DNA from: Macrostomum lignano
Taxonomy: Eukaryota
Direction of reading: 5' to 3'
Length of the DNA stretch: 64,000 nucleotides
NCBI GenBank assembly: GCA_002269645.1
Contig: NIVC01001007.1
Coordinates: forward strand, 124,001 to 188,000
In this document: in pieces, positions 13,220 through 27,100 of the stretch
Position numbering within the stretch: the stretch's first letter is position 1
How the letters are laid out: the number at the start of each line of letters is the position of its first letter
The notes under the pieces: model-generated
Seen by the model: only the letters and a program-made list of their open reading frames with translations
What the model was told of the DNA's origin: nothing
Database searches by the model: none
Program-made: the position numbers and the translations under genes

Positions 13220-14298
13220 CTAGCTGTAGACCACGATTCTGTAGGCTTCAAACTCGCAGATTGTGAGCGGCCCAGCCTGATAGCTGTAGAGTCGCACTGC
13301 TCTACCACCGGATGTCATGCAGGTGAAATTGGCCGCAGAGAATGACGTAGTAAGGTTCACCCTGTGGCACTCAACGCCGTCCACCTGCAGTGAGAACTGG
13401 TTGAGACGCTTAGAGCAGCAATCCTGCCTGTTGTAGATGGCGACAAAGGTAACAATGGATTGCGATGACTGCAGCTGAGCCTCCCACCACTGGCCTGCTC
13501 CCCCCTTCGTATGGGTGCAGGATCCACCAGTGAAGTACTGATTATAGCTGCCATCAATAGCTCTCTGGCAATGTCCGTCATGGCTTGTGGAGCTCTGACT
13601 GCAGCTGGATAGAGGCAGCTTGATCAGACCTGGTTAAATTCAGTTTATTGATGCGTATAGTGTATCAGTGACCAATATTTAATGTTCATAAACTGCTTTA
13701 AATGACTTTAAAATGTTTTAATTGAGTATAGGACTCTATCGATTCCAGATTCGAGCACTAGGGTACAGAGAGCAACAACAAATAAACGAACAGCTCTTTC
13801 GAACCATTGACTTTAACGGAGGTTTTTAAAATGATAAGCTTATTTTGGTAAATCCAAAGTTTGTCCTCTGACAATCACGCTAAATGCATTTCTCAGGGAA
13901 CGTTAAGGTGATTAACCTCCATACAATATTACAATTTTATAACCAAAATTACCAAAAGCTTTCGTATACACGTCGCTGATCAAAGCCAGGTTCCGCCAGT
14001 CTTGCCGCATCGCATAGGCGCCGACATCAAATAGATAGCATCGACCGCTCAACCAATAGAACCCAAAGCAGGAACTCCGCTTCGAGTCGCAAACTAAGCT
14101 GCAGATCAGCACCTGGGCGCTCCAGTCTTGGTCGGTGACTAATTCCGAATGGAAGCTGTTTGGCGCAGTGGGACTTTTTGGACTTTCCAGGATGTACCAA
14201 CGTTTATTAGGATTGTGGGTTATCGATGTGGCACATGTTTTAAGTAACAGTAGACATACAAGGTAGAAGTTACTTTGTTGGCTAAAGCGTCGAAACAT
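13220..14298 (-). CDS. Secreted PAN/apple-like + F-type lectin protein, paralog 2; exons 14298-13953 and 13629-13220
   Basis: Exon 1: signal peptide plus CSLVC..SCFGFYW..RCYLF, phase-1 donor G|GTAATT. Exon 2 (absent from the ORF track, translated by hand): LIKLPLSSCSQSSTSHDGHCQRAIDGSYNQYFTGGSCTHT...YNRQDCCSKRLN...TICEFEAYRIVVYS*. Confidence 0.85.
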
Positions 14299-15151
14299 GG
14301 CTATTCTATTGAATTTTTTTGCCAACCGTTTTCATGATATAAGCACCTGTATTTATCAAGAATATCCTGCATCCGCAATTCAAAGAAAAAATGCAGTGCG
14401 AAATGCAGAGCCTGTTAAGGATTCAAGCAGACATATTTCCAGTGCTGCTCTATCAAATATTCTGACACTTTCAAGAGAAATATATCTTCGAAAAAAATTC
14501 CAAAGAGACGTGTTCCTGAATGGCCTGTCAGTCATGAATAAGAATGCCTCACTTTACAGACAGTCCATGGCAAGCTTGACAGACAGTAACGGCAGGAGCA
14601 GGAAAACTAAGATGGCTCAACCTTGCATTCCGATTTCAAGGCCCGCAACCAATAACTAAATAATTCTGTGTAGTCAACAAGACCCCTGTTTGCAGAAAGT
14701 ACTTCAGTGATCGAGTATTCTGTATTTAAACAGTAAAATAATTTGAAGGCAAGATATAGTCTGAAGTGCGAACTTCACTTTTCTATAGAGTAAGAACATT
14801 TGTAGAACAAAATACAAAGCACTATAACTCTTGTTTGCGCAAACATTAGATTTTCAATTATATTAGTGAAACAAATTACAAAAGCAAGCGAACAAGCGCC
14901 AACATTTTCACATTCACTACTGGGCCTGGAGTTTGGTATTTAGCACAAAAACAAAGAAACGATGACCATTAACAAAATAATTTAGAAAACATGTGCAATT
15001 TATAATTAGAAATAAACAAATATTGGATGAACACAGGAGTTGAAGCATGCAGTTTTGTTCGCGCATTATAGAAGAGTCAAACAGAACGCAAAATCAACAC
15101 GACAAAGCAATGCAAAGAGGAAGGAAAAGAACAACGCATCTATGAAATTTT

Positions 15152-18100
15152 TCAGTCGTCTCCGAAGATATCCTTCACCAAGTGGTTGTACTTGCGATCC
15201 TGCAGCTGCTCCTTCGCGGCGGTCACCACCTTGCCGCTTTCATCTTCATCAGAGGAAGCCGACGAAGATGTTGACGAAGAAGACGAGCTCGAGGCCGCCT
15301 CGGCAGCGGCAGTTGTTTTATTAAGAAGCTGCTGCTGCTGCTGCTGCTGGGTCCTGTGCATCACGGATGCCGTGGCAACTTTCACTGGCGGCGGCAAGTA
15401 CGACGGCGCCGAAGCTTTCGCGGCCTTAGAGGCGCCCGAACTCGAATTCGAAGATGCCGCCGCTGCCGCTGCCGCCGCTCGGCCGCTGACAAGCTGCGAG
15501 AATCCGCGCGGTTTCTGAGGAGACGCGGCGACAGGCAGCGAGGCACCGCCAGATCGAGAAGCCAGCTGCTGCGGCAGCTTCTTCGGACGATGCAGCATGA
15601 ATTGGAGAATGTCGTCCTCCCGAGGACCGCCCGACGCCGTTGGCTGTACAGGCGTTCGCCTGGCAACCTGCTTGGCAACGGTCACTTGGCTATGTTTTGC
15701 TGGTCCCAACGTTGTCATTGCTGAATTGTTGCTATTAGTAGAACCTTGCTGCTGTTGCTGTCTGGATTTAGCGCGCTCCTGTTCGATCCGAGCCTTCATC
15801 TCTTGCCACTGCTGGCGCTGGGCAAGGTCGCGCGGCGGCAGCGGCGGCGGCATGGAAGGCCGAGACTTCTTGCTGGAGGGCGATGGTAGATGCTGCTGAT
15901 GTTCAACAGACGTGGGACTGCGGCTTCGATGACGTTTGCGTTGATCTGACGCCGTTGGAGGGTGCTGGTGACTGCGCGATTGCGGGTTCGGGTTATGCTG
16001 ATGCCTGCAAATGAAAATGTATTGAAATTGAATACATGCATAAATCATACTAAAAACAACCGTATACCATTAATTTACTTTGACCATAGACAACTGGAAC
16101 ATGAAGGATTTTTATCAAAGTACCTAGCATGAGGTTGCTGCTGCTGCTGCTGCTGTAGTGTCGGTGGCGGCTTAGACTCTTGAGAAGTCATCATCTCGGC
16201 TTGGCCCTTTTTAAGCTTCTCAAGTTTGCGCAATCGTCTACGCTCTCGTTCAGCTCTCTCCGCCGCCTCCGTCGCGGCTTCTTTCTCTTCTAAACGTTGC
16301 CGCTTCTCGCGTTTACGTCGGCGGCGCTCCTCATCGGCGTCCTTCGAGACGGTAGCTAATGATGGCGATGATTTTTGAGAAACAGCTGCCCAAGAGACCT
16401 TAGTCTTCGACCCAGACTCTTTAGCGTGTTTAGAAACGGATGAAACAGTTACTTTAGTAACGGTTTTTACAGCGGCATCGTTAACAGCCGATGTAGCGGC
16501 TACCTTAGAAACTGGTGCTGCAGTGTCCTTAGAAACTGATTTCAAAGCGTCCTTAGTAACGGATATTACAGTTTCTTTGGAAACTGATGCTAAAGCGTCC
16601 TGAGCAACGGATGTTACAGGTTCCTTAGTAACCGGCGCTACAGCACCCTTAGCAACGGATGTTACATGTTCCTGAGAAACCGACGCTACAGCGCCCTTAG
16701 CAACGGATGTTACATGCTCCTTAGAAACCGACGCTACAGCGCCCTTAGCAACGGATGTTACATGTTCCTTAGAAACCGACGCTACAGCGCCCTTAGCAAC
16801 GGATGGCCGGGATGGGACAGGTTCCTTAGAACCTGACGCTACAACAGCCTTAGCAACAGATCCTAACGCCTCATCAGGAACAGAAATCACCTCGGAGTTT
16901 GGTCCAGAATCGGGTACTTCTTCTATTCGACTCCGTTTCGTCTCTGGTTGTTCTTCAACACTACTAACAGTAGCTGATTTGGCTGTTGAATCAGTTGTCG
17001 TGACTCGAGCAGCAGTCGACGATAGCGAGACAACGGAAACTGAAGCAATTTTTGGTGCTCTAACTGAGCAGCTGGTGGTTGTCACGGAGCGCACAGCGGT
17101 GGTACTGTTGCCCGAAGAACTGGTGAATTTAAACTGCGATATCCGAGCAGGCAACTGCACTTTTGTAGTGGCTGAAGACGTCGATGTTTTGGTATTATTA
17201 GACTGCGGCAGTCTGACAATGACTACTGAAGGCGAAGAAGTTACGGTGCCAGAAGACTGAGATGGAGGCTGCTGTTGCTGTTGTTTCGACAGCTGAACTG
17301 CGTTAGTCTTCTGTTCAAAAATAATTTTAGTTGGCTGTGCAGACGAAGGATTCAAAGCTGAAGGAGAAGGCGGTTCTATCTGCTGTTGTTGTTGCAATTC
17401 AGCAGCTCGGGCGGCTCTCAAGGCGGCGGACTCGGCTTCAACTCTACGCCGCTCCTCGGGCGTCAGAGTGTGCATGAGGTAACAGGGCACTGTGTTGCCG
17501 CTTTTAAACAATACCTTGCGAGGCTGCGGGGAAGGCGACGGAGCCTCCTTCGCCAGCTCTTCAACCCGGTCCTGCTGCTCAGGCTCCAATCTGAACTCGT
17601 CTATAACCTCGACACCAACGTCGCCAGCCTCATCGTCGGTGCACTCGTCGGCTTCGTCATCTGAGCTGACTGTTGTATCGGATTTTAAATATTCAATTTC
17701 TAAGGGGCCTTCGTCGAATACTTCAACGGAATTGATGCCCTCCTCGGCTGAGACTGAGGCTGTAGAATCGTTTTCGCCTCGTTTCTTATTACTAGCAGCA
17801 GTTGTTATAGTCTTTGTTACAACCGCGACTGGTTCAGTCTTTGTTGCGAGCGTTGCCACAGCAGTGATAGCAGTTGCATTAGCATTCGAACAAAAAATTG
17901 AACTCGCCGCTGATGCAACAGTTTGCAGCTCTGGCTGTTGCTGCGAATCTGCTGCGGAAGATTCCAATTTAACTGTCAATTGCTCCGCTTGAGGTTCTAT
18001 CTTCCGCAGTTTCTCTTGCTGCTTTTGCTGCTGCGACTTCTTTCGATTATTATTAGTCCGTCCGCCTGCTCTGACAGCAGCGCTTGTCGAACCTGCCGAC

Positions 18101-21100
18101 TCTTCGGCGATAAGTTTCGCGGGTTTTTGTCTCAGTCGTCGAGTTGGCAACGCTTCGTTCGGTTGCTGCTCGGCAATACCAGCTTCAGCCTCCTCTGCCG
18201 CTTCATCCGAACTGTTGTCTTTAACGCACACACTGCACTCCCAGCCGTAGAGTTTAGTCTTCTTCGGCACTCGGGTCAGAGGCGGATCCAAGCAGCCGAT
18301 GTGATAATAAAGCTGACAGGCGTCGCATTGCACCTGAGGGAATGAGTTTATGTGAGTACTCTATACTAATATATATATATTTACATATGGATTCCAAAGT
18401 TAATCCCGATGCTTATATTGATGTCAACTCTAGTCCCGAGCACAGAATTTACACAGAATGCCGAATCGCAACAAAACTGTGTTTACCCGACGTTTTAAGG
18501 TTCAAGTTTTGTGACTTTATATAGAAACTGACTCAAGTCTTGTGACTGTCTATAGAAACCGACTCCAAGTCTTGTGACTTTCTATAGAAACCGATTCAAG
18601 TCTTGTGACTTTCTATAGAAACCGACTCCAAGTCTTGTGACTTTCTATAGAAACCGACTCAAGTCTTGTGACTGTCTATAGAAACCGACTCCAAGTCTTG
18701 TGACTTTCTATAGAAACCGATTCAAGTCTTGTGACTTTCTATAGAAACCGACTCAAGTCTTGTGAATTTCTATAGAAACCGACTCAAGTCTTGTGACTTT
18801 CTATAGAAACCGACTTTAAGTCTTGTGACTTCTATAGAAACTGATCCAAGTCGTGTGACTTTCTATAGAAACCGACTCAAGTCTTGTGAATTTCTATAGA
18901 AACTGACTCAAGTCTTGTGACTTTCTATAGAAACTGACTCAAGTCTTGTGACTTTCTATAGAAACTGATCCAAGTCGTGTGAATTTCTATAGAAACCGAC
19001 TCAAGTCTTGTGACTTTCTATAGAAACCGACTCAAGTCTTGTGACTTTCTATAGAAAACGACTCATCTTTGATTGACCCATTTGAGCATAGAGACTCGAT
19101 GGATGTGTTAGAATTCGTAACTGCTCTTGGTTGATACTACTGGCCACAGTTTAACAACAAAAGTAGTGCGCAAATTTAGTAGTCCAGATGTCAATCATTA
19201 CTGTAATCCAAAATCACTCGCAAAATTCCCCATCCCGTTTTCGCAGCAACCAACCCACCATCAAGTGCTGATCCTTTTTAGCTTTGCAAACTGTGCACTC
19301 GTTCAGGCGCCTCAAAGCCGCCGCTTTGGCAGCCAAATCGCCAACTTTAACTGGCGCCCCTCCGGCATTCGCAGCCGCTGTTATCGTCGACGAATCTTCA
19401 TCGCCCTCGCCAATCGGATGATCGACGTTAGTGCCAGCGTCGCCAGCTGACGCCGACACGCCTTCTAACGCGTTGCTCAATCTTAGCGGCATAGCAACCG
19501 AAGCCGAGCCGGTTGCTAAGCAACCTAACAAAGCGTCCCAAACAGCCGCGAATTCAGAACGACAAGTTTTTAAACGATTTTGACAGGTTTGATAAGCCGT
19601 CTCGGCGTTGGAATAGCGCAGCGTCTCAGCTGATTGGCGCTCGATGAGCTCCGCCTCCTGCAGGTGAGAGAGTCAACGATTTGATTAGAGCTAAACTTAT
19701 CGGTTGTCAATCAAATTTCAGGTGACTAGATTTATTAAAATACCAGGTAAACTACACACTGTATCAGGTGTCAGTGCAAGTTTATGTAAACTACATTTAC
19801 TGTATAAGGTGTCAGTGCAACTTCAGGTAAACTACATTTACTGTAGCAACGTGAAACCTCAGTGCAACTTCAGGTAAACTAAAGTTACTGTATCAGGTGT
19901 CAGTGCAACTTCAGGTAAACTAAATTTACTCTATCAGGTGTCAGTGCAACTTCAGGGTAAACTACATTTACTATATCAGGTGTCAGTGCAACTTCAGGTA
20001 AACTACATTTACTGTATCAGGTGTCAGTGCAACCTCAGGTAAACTACATTTACTGTATCAGGTGTCAGTGCAACTTCAGGTAAACTAAATTTACTCTATC
20101 AGGTGTCAGTGCAACTTCAGGTAAACTAAATTTACTCTATCAGGTGTCAGTGCAACTTCAGGTAAACTACATTTACTGTATCAGGTGTCAGTGCAACTTC
20201 AGGTAAACTACATTTACTGTATCAGGCGTCAGTGCAACTTTAGGTAAACTACATTTACTGTATCAGGCGTCAGTGCAACTTTAGGTAAACTACATTTACT
20301 GTATCAGGTGTCAGTGCAACTTCAGTTACACTACATTTACTGTATCAAGTGTCAGTGCAACTTTAGGTAAACTACATTTACTGTATCAGGTGTCAGTGCA
20401 ACTTTAGGTAAACTACATTTACTGTATCAGGTGTCAGTGCAACTTCAGGTAAACTACATTTACTGTATCAGGCGTCAGTGCAACTTTAGGTAAACTACGT
20501 TTACTGTATCAGGTGTCAGTGCAACTTCAGTTACACTACATTTACTATATCAGGTGTCAGTGCAACTTTAGGTAAACTACATTTACTGTATCAGGCGTCA
20601 GTGCAACTTTAGGTAAACTACATTTACTGTATCAGGTGTCAGTGCAACTTCAGTTACACTACATTTACTGTCTCAAGTGTCAGTGCAACTTCAGTTACAC
20701 TACATTTACTATATCAGGTGTCAGTGCAACTTTAGGTAAACTACATTTACTGTATCAGGTGTCAGTGCAACTTTAGGTAAACTACATTTACTGTATCAGG
20801 TGTCAGTGCAACTTCAGGTAAACTAAATTTACTCTATCAGGTGTCAGTGCAACTTTAGGTAAACTACATTTACTGTATCAGGTGTCAGTGCAACTTTAGG
20901 TAAACTACATTTACTGTATCAGGTGTCAGTGCAACTTCAGTTACACTACATTTACTATATCAGGTGTCAGTGCAACTTTAGGTAAACTACATTTACTGTA
21001 TCAGGTGTCAGTGCAACTTCAGGTAAACTACATTTACTGTATCAGGTGTCAGTGCAACTTTAGGTAAACTACATTTACTGTATCAGGTGTCAGTGCAACT

Positions 21101-24100
21101 TCAGGTAAACTACATTTACTGTATCAGGTGTCAGTGCAACTTCAGGTAAACTACATTTACTGTATCAGGTGTCAGTGCAACTTCAGGTAAACTACATTTA
21201 CTGTATCAGGTGTCAGTGCAACTTCAGGTAAACTACATTTACTGTATCAGGCGTCAGTGCAACTTTAGGTAAACTACATTTACTGTATCAGGTGTCAGTG
21301 CAACTTCAGGTAAACTACATTTACTGTATCAGGCGTCAGTGCAACTTTAGGTAAACTACATTTACTGTATCAGGTGTCAGTGCAACTTCAGTTACACTAC
21401 ATTTACTGTATCAGTGAAACCTCAGGTAAACTAGCAGATCAGGTGTCAGTTTGAGTTACCTGAGCATTCAGGTCAGCCAACTGCTTATTCATGGACACAA
21501 TCCGAGTCTCTCGATCAAAAAAGTGCTGCACAAACTCCGGACAGAACACTGGCAAACCGGTCTGAGCAGCTGTGCGCTCCTGGCCGGTAACTTGAAGTGA
21601 GCCGCCTTGCTCACCAACCGGCCCAGCGCCAACGCCTAGAATCTCGGCCTTTTTAGCAAACAATCTGACCGCGTGCGGAGAGAATTCTAGAAAGAGCGGC
21701 TGCTTTTGTTGCGGTATAAAGTACGGCCGTTTAACCGCCAATTTAGCTGCGCAAATGGATCGACGTTTGGCCAATTTTCTAGCAATTCTATCGCCAACAG
21801 AGCTTGACAATGACTTCAATTCTGTCGCATTCTTCACAGCGGCTCTCTGCCTGCTAAACGCTGTACTATAAGCTTTCCGCCTCTGCTTAGCAACAAACGG
21901 ATCAGTATGCTGGCGGCACTGAGCATAGAATGGATCGGCTATTTCGTCTGCGTCTTCGGCGGCGGCGGCCGCAGCTGCCGGCTCGCTTAGCAAGCCTTCG
22001 CGTTGGGCGCAAGTGACGTGAAAACAGCAGCGACACATGCCGGCATCGCAACCGATGCAAACGCCAGTATAGGCGTACACCCTATCGGAGCAGTAGACGC
22101 ACTCTTTGGCGCCCCAGAATCGAGGCTTTAATTCAGTCAAAGTAACGTCTGTCAGCGAGTCTACATCGTTAAATGCAACGTCTGGCGTGTAGAGGGCGCA
22201 TACCAGATGTACCCAGCGACCGTCCTCGGTTGGTTTGAATACGCCGCCAGCAACGGGGCAGAGCTGACAACTGGGCGAAGCTATTCCAGCGGCGCAAGCG
22301 TCGCAAAACCAAGGCTCTGTGCTGGCGGAGCTGCCAGTACTGCAGAGGCTCTGCGAATCGGCTAAACCGTAGCAGGCCTCGTGCACAGTCACGTGACAAG
22401 AGTCGCATTCGACCAGTTCATTCTCGGGGTCCGATCTATTAGACAGGCATACCATGCAGGTTAACCGTTCCACTTTTTTAATAGCGGCGGCAGTAGCGGC
22501 CGCCAATGCCGCGGCCGACTCTTTAGTATCAGTTGCATTGTCATGTTTTTGAGTTGCATCGACTGTCTTTGCAGTCTTAGCCGTTCTTCTACTGGACTTT
22601 TTGCGCGGCTTAATCTCGCTGAACATTGCATCCTCAGACGCGTCAGAATCATGCTGCTGAGCCTTGCTGTTTTTCCTACCAGACGCCTGGCCCTTCTGTT
22701 GCTTCTTCTGCTGCTGCCGTTTTTTTCGGCCTTCTAGCCAATCTTCATCTGAGCTGCTGGTGCGGTCGTTGTCGTCATTGGCATCGTCGCCGCCTCGGCT
22801 TGACGAAGCAACAACGCCGTCTATTAATGCGCGCAAATCTCCACCTTTACTACTAGTAGTTTTGCTATTGCCCTCCTGATCTTTTGCAGAGCCAGTAGAT
22901 GAGGAATCAATGTCGCCGTCCTCAGAATCGTCCGTCTCCTCTGTCGTGTCAGACTCATTATCTGAATCGTTGTCCTCTTTTTCTTCGCCCAGCTTGGATT
23001 TCTCACTGTTTAATGACGAAGACGCATTACTGGCGGCATCTTTACTAGCATCTGGATTATTATTATCGTTGTCATCTTCAGCTTCTTCGTCGCTGTCTTC
23101 ATCATCAATGTCGCTGCTCCGACCATTCACTTTAGCTTTAAACTCGTTGTCCGAATCGTCTTCTAAATCTTCGAACAATTGAAAGTCGACAGCGCTAACT
23201 AGCTTGATTTGACGCTTCCCAGGCGCTCGTTGAGCTACAGTGCGTAGTAGTGCAGGATAGGAAAAAATTCGAGTTAGATTTTGCCTAGCAAAACTACTTT
23301 AAGTAGAGTAAAACAGTTTTTTACGTGGACAAAACGTTTTGTTTATGTCAGGTAACCTAAACACCTTAATATTTTACTTTTTTCTCAAATTTTGATATGA
23401 CCTAATGTATGACCCTAATATATGAATGCCACTTAATAAAAACATTGGTATAAACCTAATACAAATATTCTAACCTATTAAGTGCATTCATTTCATATCA
23501 TTCACTTGCTTGGCCACAAATATGCTATCTTGCATTTATCCTACTTTTCTATTTTTTATACTAGAATACTATAGTATTATGCTTTATATAAAAAGTCTTT
23601 AAACACTAGCTACTAATATTATCAGATAGGTCCAACTAAAATCTTCATTAAAGTTAAGCTAAATAACACAATTTTGAATTCTTATTTTAAAATCTTTTAA
23701 GATAAAAAATTAGAAAATTGTCAAAGCTAAGCATAGTGTTTTTACTAATATTATATAAAACAATTTATTTAGTAAGCCTAGACTTTACCACATCTAAAGG
23801 AAGGGGGCTATTGCCCTTCACCTTCCTCTTTGGTAAGATTATAGTTGCTTCACTGACAAGCAGATCATTTTGGTAACAAGAAAGACTTTTGTTAATAGTT
23901 TCAAGCAGAAATTATCTTGCCAATCTTAAGTGATATACCCTATTGCAACTGATGGCTATTATTGCAGACAGTGTCCAATGTAGATTGGCTCCTGGTAGTG
24001 GCATGACATGCTCTATAAAAATGTTGTGGATTGAACTAAGTTGCAATCTTTTGTAGTTGTTTGCTTTTTAAATTAAGTAAAAAATTTCTGTGCTTTTCTT

Positions 24101-27100
24101 GGTAGGCATTTATGAGAAGGATTTTTTATGTTTATACATCTAAATATTTTAAGACAAATAAAAAATGATCTGCAAAAACAAAACAATTTGATAATTAGAA
24201 TTTTTATATGAAATGTACTAATATAATTCTTTTGGGATTTTTTGAAATATACAAAATAAATCTTAGCAAAATAACAATAGACTGATATAACTATAAGGAA
24301 GCATCTTTCATCACGATAATGACCAACTCATTGAATCTTTTATTTTTCTTCAAAGGTATGTGCTAGCCTATACTCTTGTAGGCTTTTCTTTTTATATTTT
24401 TATGTGCCTAATAAATATCTATATAATAGTAGTGTAGTTATTATTGTGATTTATACAAGTAAAATATTTGGTTATTAGCCATGTTGAATCTGCATGCAAA
24501 CTAGAAAATAATTTAGCCTTTTGTTTTACTACATGAAATATTGATGATAAATATAATTTGTTATAAATGTAGCCTCCTAGACCCTATATATACAAGCAAA
24601 TTTGCTCCCAAATAAACCAACTTGCTTTTAGCTTGTGTGTTTGCTAAACTCAATAATATTCTTAGAGTTGTTCTTGTATAAAACTTTGAATGCTTACCGA
24701 GTTAGTTATTTGTAAAACTAAAGAGTTGAAGTGCTCAGAGACTTACTAAGAGAAGGGATTGGGGAAATATACAGAGGGGAAATATACATACTAAAAAAGA
24801 AGAGCTATGACCCTCTGATCCAAGTGACATCCTAGAGACTGGAAGAATGGTACAAGTACCAATAGACTGCTCAGGCCATACATTAGATGCTACCAGACTA
24901 ATACACTAGATACTACCAGATTAATACACTAGACCAGGGGTCCTCAACCTACGACCCGCGGGCCGCATGTGGCCTGTAAGCCCTTTTTTGTGGCCCACGG
25001 CACCTTCCAGTAGTTTGCATTATATGAGGCCCACCAAGTCTATCACTGGATTTCACTGCGGCCCCCGAAAATGATAAAATTTTCCTAGCTGTATTGAAAA
25101 TATTCCCAGAAATCTCTTACCCTCCCCACTGCTAGAAGCGACACTTCAATTCATTTGGATTGCTATTTTAGCCACTTCTAGTGCACAATTGTACACACAG
25201 TCAAGAGTTGAAGTGAAAAGCAGGAAGGAATGCTGGCTAATATCAATATGGTTCAAGGCAAAGGAGGTGGGCCATTATGTTTGTGTATTAGCATGCGGCC
25301 CGCCACCCGTAGAAGGTTGGGGACCCCCTATTGGAATAAATGTTAAAAATCCGCGGACGCGCGCTTTAGAAAAGAGTCAAACTATTTTACCGCGCTTTAG
25401 GATTATTAGAGATGTTCCGAAAGATCTGCAGTTTTGTCGAAATCAAAATTCGCTAACTTTTCAAAATCAAAATTGAAATTTCCCGAAATCATAATTCAGA
25501 AAAACAAAGTTTAGTATGATCAACACTCACTTTTTTACTTTCAATTTACTGCTTAAGCAAAAATTAATACATGTATATGTAGTAGAAAGTAGTTTATTTT
25601 TAGCGACTTTTTAGACACTACCAAAATTTTCACTTCTAAATTTTTTTCTAAATTGAAATTCGCTCTAAAAAATTTCAAATTTTGAAAAATTGAAATTGAA
25701 TTCTCGGAACATCTCTAAGCTTAATAAATTACGAGTGTATAAGCCCCTTCAACAGAGGTATTATACCCATTTCCATGTATATGTATTTGCTAGAGCAGCA
25801 GCCAGTAAGAAAGGGCAGCGCGCGCGCAGGCGATGCGCCTGTGCGCGCGCTGCGCTTTAGAAAAATTTCAAAAGTGCGCCGGACACCGTCCGCGGTTTTA
25901 CAACTTTTTCCTATAGGGTGGGGACCCATGCACTAGACGCTACCAGACTAATACATTAAATGCTACCAGAAGCATCTTAAATGGGATTCTAAGAAACAGT
26001 TAGGAAACTAATACAAACCAAGCATAACCTTATTGTCAGCAGTAAGAATTTAATAGAGACAACTTTAGTGGCATAGTTAGAGGACAGAAATAGACCTGCA
26101 ACAACTTAGTTGCAGTAGTGGGATTTATAAAGAGAGAGCCAAAATGCTTGTTATAACTTGGTGGCTTAACATTGGGATTGAAATATATAGAGTAAGAAGA
26201 AACACCCCTGCCTTGTGAAAGGTAAAATATGTTTATTATAGAAGCAACTTGTTATCAAAATGACCTGCACCCCTTTAGTTCCACATTCTAGATTATTTAG
26301 TTTATGCCCAAAAAACTTAGGCATATATTAGCCTTGTATGCCAAAAGTTGGTGTGCAGTTAGTATGTATCACTCTTGAGAAAATAGTGTGTATATACTCC
26401 TAGTGTACACTTTATAGAATCATACAGAAGAGTTATTGTAAAGTAGAAAAAAAATGAAAAAGTTCATTTTTAAGCCTAAATTTCAAGCTTTCTAGGTTTT
26501 TAAAGCTTGTAATAATGTTTAAACAAATCTTTGTGTATCAATTTTCTACAATAAATAATATTGCCAAAAAAGCATTAAAAATCAACCAAATTATCTATAA
26601 AAAAGGTCTAATATACAAATTTAAAAAGGTCATTTTAAAATAACCTTTTGCAACTACAATAGGCCTAGTTTTGAGATTAGGCATGCATTTAATTATTTTT
26701 TGATATGCATTTGTAATTACTCAATTTTTTTCAGGCATACATCCAGCATGATTTGGACTATGGCTCTAGTTGCACTACTACTTATTTTACCTTCAATAAA
26801 TGTTGTTGCAAGTTGCAACTAAGACTAGATAAGAATCAAAAAAGATTGGCAAATCAAATGCATGTTTTAATTTGAAGAATATATGCTTTCTTGAAGTTGA
26901 CTCATTTGACCTATTAGTGATAATACTATTCTACAATGTAGGACTAATTATAAAAGTTAAAAACATACTTTAAATATATAACTACCTAACAATTTTTTTT
27001 AATTGAAATTTAAATTGCAATTGAATAAGTAACGTCAATGTGGAATAGACTTAGACAGTCATAATACTTAAAATAAAATATTAAACTTAACAATGTTATT

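Noticed and set aside
19755-21435. Regular repeats superficially like a CRISPR array
   Set aside because: No unique spacers, eukaryotic intron context, no cas genes; the same applies to all arrays here.
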